Assembly (NCBI GenBank): GCA_964016885.1
Contig: OZ024758.1
Span: 12,276,001-12,340,000, forward strand
From: Eledone cirrhosa
Lineage: Eukaryota
Direction: 5' to 3'
Length of the DNA stretch: 64,000 nt
Part shown: positions 60,018 through 64,000 of the stretch, piece after piece
How the letters are laid out: each line of letters starts with the position of its first letter
How positions within the stretch are numbered: position 1 is the stretch's first letter
Translations under genes and position numbers: made by a program
Notes under the pieces: generated by a model
What the model was told of the DNA's origin: nothing
Database searches by the model: none
What the model saw: the letters and a program-made list of their open reading frames with translations, nothing else

Positions 60018-61690
60018 TTATCACCACCATCAACATCACCATCACCATCACCACCACCACCACTATCACCATCACCACCATCACCACTATCACCATCACC
60101 ACCACTATCACCATCACCACCATCATCACCATCACCATCACCATCACCATCACCACCACCACCACTATCACCATCACCATCACCACCACTATCACCATCA
60201 CCACCACTATCACCATCACCACCATCACCACTATCACCATCACCACCATCACCACTATCACCATCACCACCACTATCACCATCACCACCATCACCACTAT
60301 CACCATCACCACCACTATCACCATCACCACCACTATCACCATCACCACCATCACCACTATCACCATCACCACCACCATCAACACCATCAACACCATCAAC
60401 ACCAGCACCACCATCATCACCATCACCACTATCAACACCATCACCATCACCATCAACACCATCACCACCATCAACACCATCAACACCATCACCATCATCA
60501 ACAACACCATCAACACCATCAACACCATCAACACCATCATCACCACCATCAACACCATCATCACCATCACCATCACCACTATCATCACCATCACCAGTGT
60601 CACCATCATCACCACCACTATCATCACCACCATCACCACCATCACCACTATCAACACCATCACCATCACCACTGATTAACACCACTACCGTTATCATCAC
60701 CACCATCACCACCATCACCACCATCACCACCATCACCAGCACCACTATCATCACCAGCACCACTATCAACACCATCACCATCAACACCATCACCATCATC
60801 AACAACACCATCAACACCATCATCACCATCACCATCACCACTATCATCACCATCACCAGTGTCACCATCATCATCATCACCACCATCAACACCATCAACA
60901 CCAGCACCACCATCATCACCATCACCACTATCAACACCATCACCATCAACACCATCACCATCATCAACAACACCATCAACACCATCATCACCATCACCAT
61001 CACCACTATCATCACCATCACCAGTGTCACCATCATCATCATCACCACCATCAACACCATCAACACCAGCACCACCATCATCACCATCACCACTATCAAC
61101 ACCATCACCATCAACACCATCACCATCATCAACAACACCATCAACACCATCATCACCATCACCATCACCACTATCATCACCATCACCAGTGTCACCATCA
61201 TCACCACCACTATCATCACCACCATCACCACCATCATCACCATCACCACTATCACCATCACCACTGATTAACACCACTACCACTATCATCAGCACCAGTC
61301 ATCATCATCACCATCACCACTAGCACCATCACCACTATCACCATCATCATCACCACCAGCACCATCACCACTGTTATCATCACCATCACTCTTATCACCA
61401 TCACCACCATCACCATCACCACTATCATCATCACCATCACTCTTATCACCATCACCATCACCACTATCATCATCACCACCATCACCATCACCACTATCAT
61501 CATCACCATCACTCTTATCACCATCACCATCACCACTATCATCATCACCACTATCATCATCACCATCACTCTTATCACCATCACCATCACCATCACCACC
61601 ATCACCACTGTTATCATTACCATCCCTCTTATCACCATCACCACTACCACCATCGCCATCACCATTATCATCACTTCCACCATCACCACG
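60018..61690. repeat. (CAC/CAT)n compound array with higher-order duplications
   Basis: direct reading. Confidence 0.95.
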
Positions 61691-61719
61691 AGTACTACAT
61701 CTAAGTCATCATCATCATA

Positions 61720-62335
61720 TGCAACATAGAGTTATGGCTCTTTACGGTCAAATCCCACCGAGGTTAACTTTGCCTTTCATCCTTACGGGGGGGGGGGGGG
61801 TCGATAAAATAAAGTACCAGTAATGCACTGGGGTAATTGCTGGCCTTGTGCCTAAAGTAGAAACCTATCATCTGAGAGTTCAAACTACGGGAGTGAAACC
61901 CTCTTCAAATAACAGCCGACCCTCTTGTGTAAAGAAAGTAATTACTGCATTAATTAATATATTGTTTCTACTTTAGGCACAAGGCCAGCAATTATCTCAG
62001 TGCATTACTGGTACTTTATTTTATCGACCCCCCGTAAGGATGAAAGGCAAAGTTAACCTCGGCGGGATTTGAACTCAGATTGAACTGAGATCGTAAAGGG
62101 ACGTAACTATGCTGGAAAGCATGGCGTCCCGACCCTCTCGGTGGATTGGCAGTATTGGTAAAGGGTCGGACGCCATGCTTTGACACATAGAGTTATGGCC
62201 ATTGCCATTCTGAGTTCAAATCCCGTCGAGGTTAACTTTGCCTTTCATCCTTACGGGAGGTCGATAAAATAAAGTACCAGTAATGCACTGGGATAATTGC
62301 TGGCCTTGTGCCAAAAAAAAAGTAGAAACAATTAA
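61720..62335. mobile_element. three Meta-type SINEs in +/-/+ orientation
   Basis: 61720-61870 (+), 61958-62140 (-), 62140-62335 (+). Confidence 0.85.
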
Positions 62336-62724
62336 TTAATATAGTCCTAGATAACCCTAAAAGACGGACAGGTTTGGAAAATACCCCCCACCCCACCTAT
62401 CCACCCATAACGTCAGCTAAATTAGAGGTGAAGTGAGGGCTATAAACCACAACAACAACAACAACAACTGCCATCATGGGAAGTAATATAAAGGGTTTAC
62501 TCTCATAAAATATATCGTAGAATTTCTCTGGGAATTTTTCGGTAATAAACATTTATTTCACTGCTATCTCCATTCACAGTTATGAAATGTAAAGAGTTTG
62601 AGAGTCTTGGGCTGACATTTCTCACTACATCGTCCCTCTCCTCCTCTGCTGCTTCTTTGGTTTCTTTCTTTCTTTTTTTTTTGTGTTTCGTTTGTTGTGT
62701 TTTTGTTTTGTCGCTCTTGCCTTT

Positions 62725-62776
62725 TGTGTGTGTATGTGTGTGGTGTGCGTACCTGTGTGTACAGTGTGAGAGTGTG

Positions 62777-62811
<35 letters not shown>

Positions 62812-63150
62812 CTGTGTGTACAGTGTGAGTGTGTGTGTGTGTGTGTATGTGTAGTGTGTGTACCTGTGTGCACAGTGTGTGAGTGTGTGTGTGTGTATCT
62901 GTGTGTACAGTGTATGTGTGTGTATCTGTGTATACAGTGTGTGTGTATCTGTGTGTACAGTGTGAGTGTGTGTGTATGTGTAGTGTGTACCTGTGTGCAC
63001 AGTGTGTGTGTGTGTGTGTGTGTGTATCTGTGTGTACAGTGTGAGTGTGTGTGTCTGTGTCTGTGTATACAGTGTGTGTGTGTGTGTGTGTATCTGTGTG
63101 TACAGTGCGAGAGTATGTGTGTGTGTATGTGTGTTGCCACAGTGTGAGTG
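62725..63150. repeat. GT-rich minisatellite
   Basis: gtgtatctgtgtgtacagtgt units. Confidence 0.9.
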
Positions 63151-63304
63151 TCAATATATATAAGTTTATCCCGAGTTTTATCAGGGGTAACCACAGTAAG
63201 TAAGGAACTCAATACATAACAGAGTATAAATATTTAATATAGAAATGGCTTCTACAGGACTAGGACTGTTTCATTCGGGAGAAATCAAAGAAGCCGACTA
63301 TATA

Positions 63305-63457
63305 TATCAGAAGATCCCGTTAAGAGTGAAGATACTTTGCTTAAACTTTAATCTGTTATTTTAATAAATATTGGCTCTACGGTTCTTATATATTTGATAT
63401 ATATTTATCTTTATCGAGCCCTCTTTGGATTTTAGTCTTCACATTTATTATTATTAC

Positions 63458-63460
<3 letters not shown>
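63305..63460. mobile_element. family C copy (inverted)
   Basis: cagaagatcccgttaagagtgaa...tttagtcttcacatttattattattac. Confidence 0.75.
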
Positions 63461-63531
<71 letters not shown>

Positions 63532-63564
63532 AAGAACACAAGAGCGTCTACAACATCAAAAGAT

Positions 63565-63624
63565 TTTTATTGGCTTACAATGTTTCTTCCTTACGTAACC
63601 GTAGGATTCGTCAGAGCTATAAAA
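63565..63624 (-). ncRNA. minimal type I hammerhead ribozyme (family I)
   Basis: minus strand ttttatagct-CTGACGA-atcctacg-gtta-cgtaaggaa-GAAA-cattg-TA-agccaataaaa. Confidence 0.7.
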
Positions 63625-63806
63625 GGGGTTTGATTGCTGTTATGGATTGCTGTTATATATATATTGAAAAGATAACAATAATGAAGGAGTAACCAATCGT
63701 CCTTGTTATCTTTTCAATATAATACACTCTGTATAGCTCTACACAGAAGTGAACCTAAACATCGAGTGCTCACCCGGGTGAACCTACATTAACTCAAAGT
63801 TACACT

Positions 63807-63881
<75 letters not shown>

Positions 63882-64000
63882 GAGAAGAAAGAAGAATACT
63901 GCGTGGTTGCACATAGGTTACATATGATAAAAATAGTCCTTCGTCAGTGATTTTCCAACCATCATTGGTATTTCATCGCATTAAAAATCAGATACCTCAG

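Noticed and set aside
58650-61689. 400-aa ORFs (CVYI and Pro/Ser or Asp/Gly repeats)
   Set aside because: Minisatellite and CAC/CAT array artefacts
62500-62660. Non-repetitive tail of a minus-strand ORF (EEERDDVVRNVSPRLS...)
   Set aside because: No recognisable domain or splice signals; the ORF start lies in microsatellite

Overview
AT-rich, repeat-saturated eukaryotic non-coding DNA. The repeat landscape (huge (TA)n/(CA)n tracts, Meta- and CORE-type tRNA-derived SINEs, RTE/CRE LINE remnants) suggests a mollusc, probably an octopus-like cephalopod; this is inference, not a database result. No intact protein-coding gene is supported, and nearly all long ORFs in the track are microsatellite artefacts. 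The main discovery is that many short unique islands wedged between (TA)n tracts carry minimal type I hammerhead ribozyme (HHR) motifs: stem I - CUGANGA - stem II - GAAA - short, usually palindromic stem III - UH - stem I. I count about 13 near-canonical cores plus about 10 decayed ones, in several sequence families. Many sit as head-to-head pairs in fold-back inverted repeats, and one decayed copy lies directly downstream of a Penelope-type endonuclease C-terminal remnant. This points to a dense, diverse population of Penelope-like pLTR or retrozyme-like self-cleaving retroelements associated with TA microsatellites. Also present are a 70-bp satellite amplified from inside an RTE LINE ORF, 107/55-bp satellites flanking a CRE-type endonuclease fragment, an RTE C-terminus with three C2H2 fingers, SINE tandem and inverted clusters, and a fold-back with tRNA-like heads. 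All coordinates were read by eye and may be off by a few bases.
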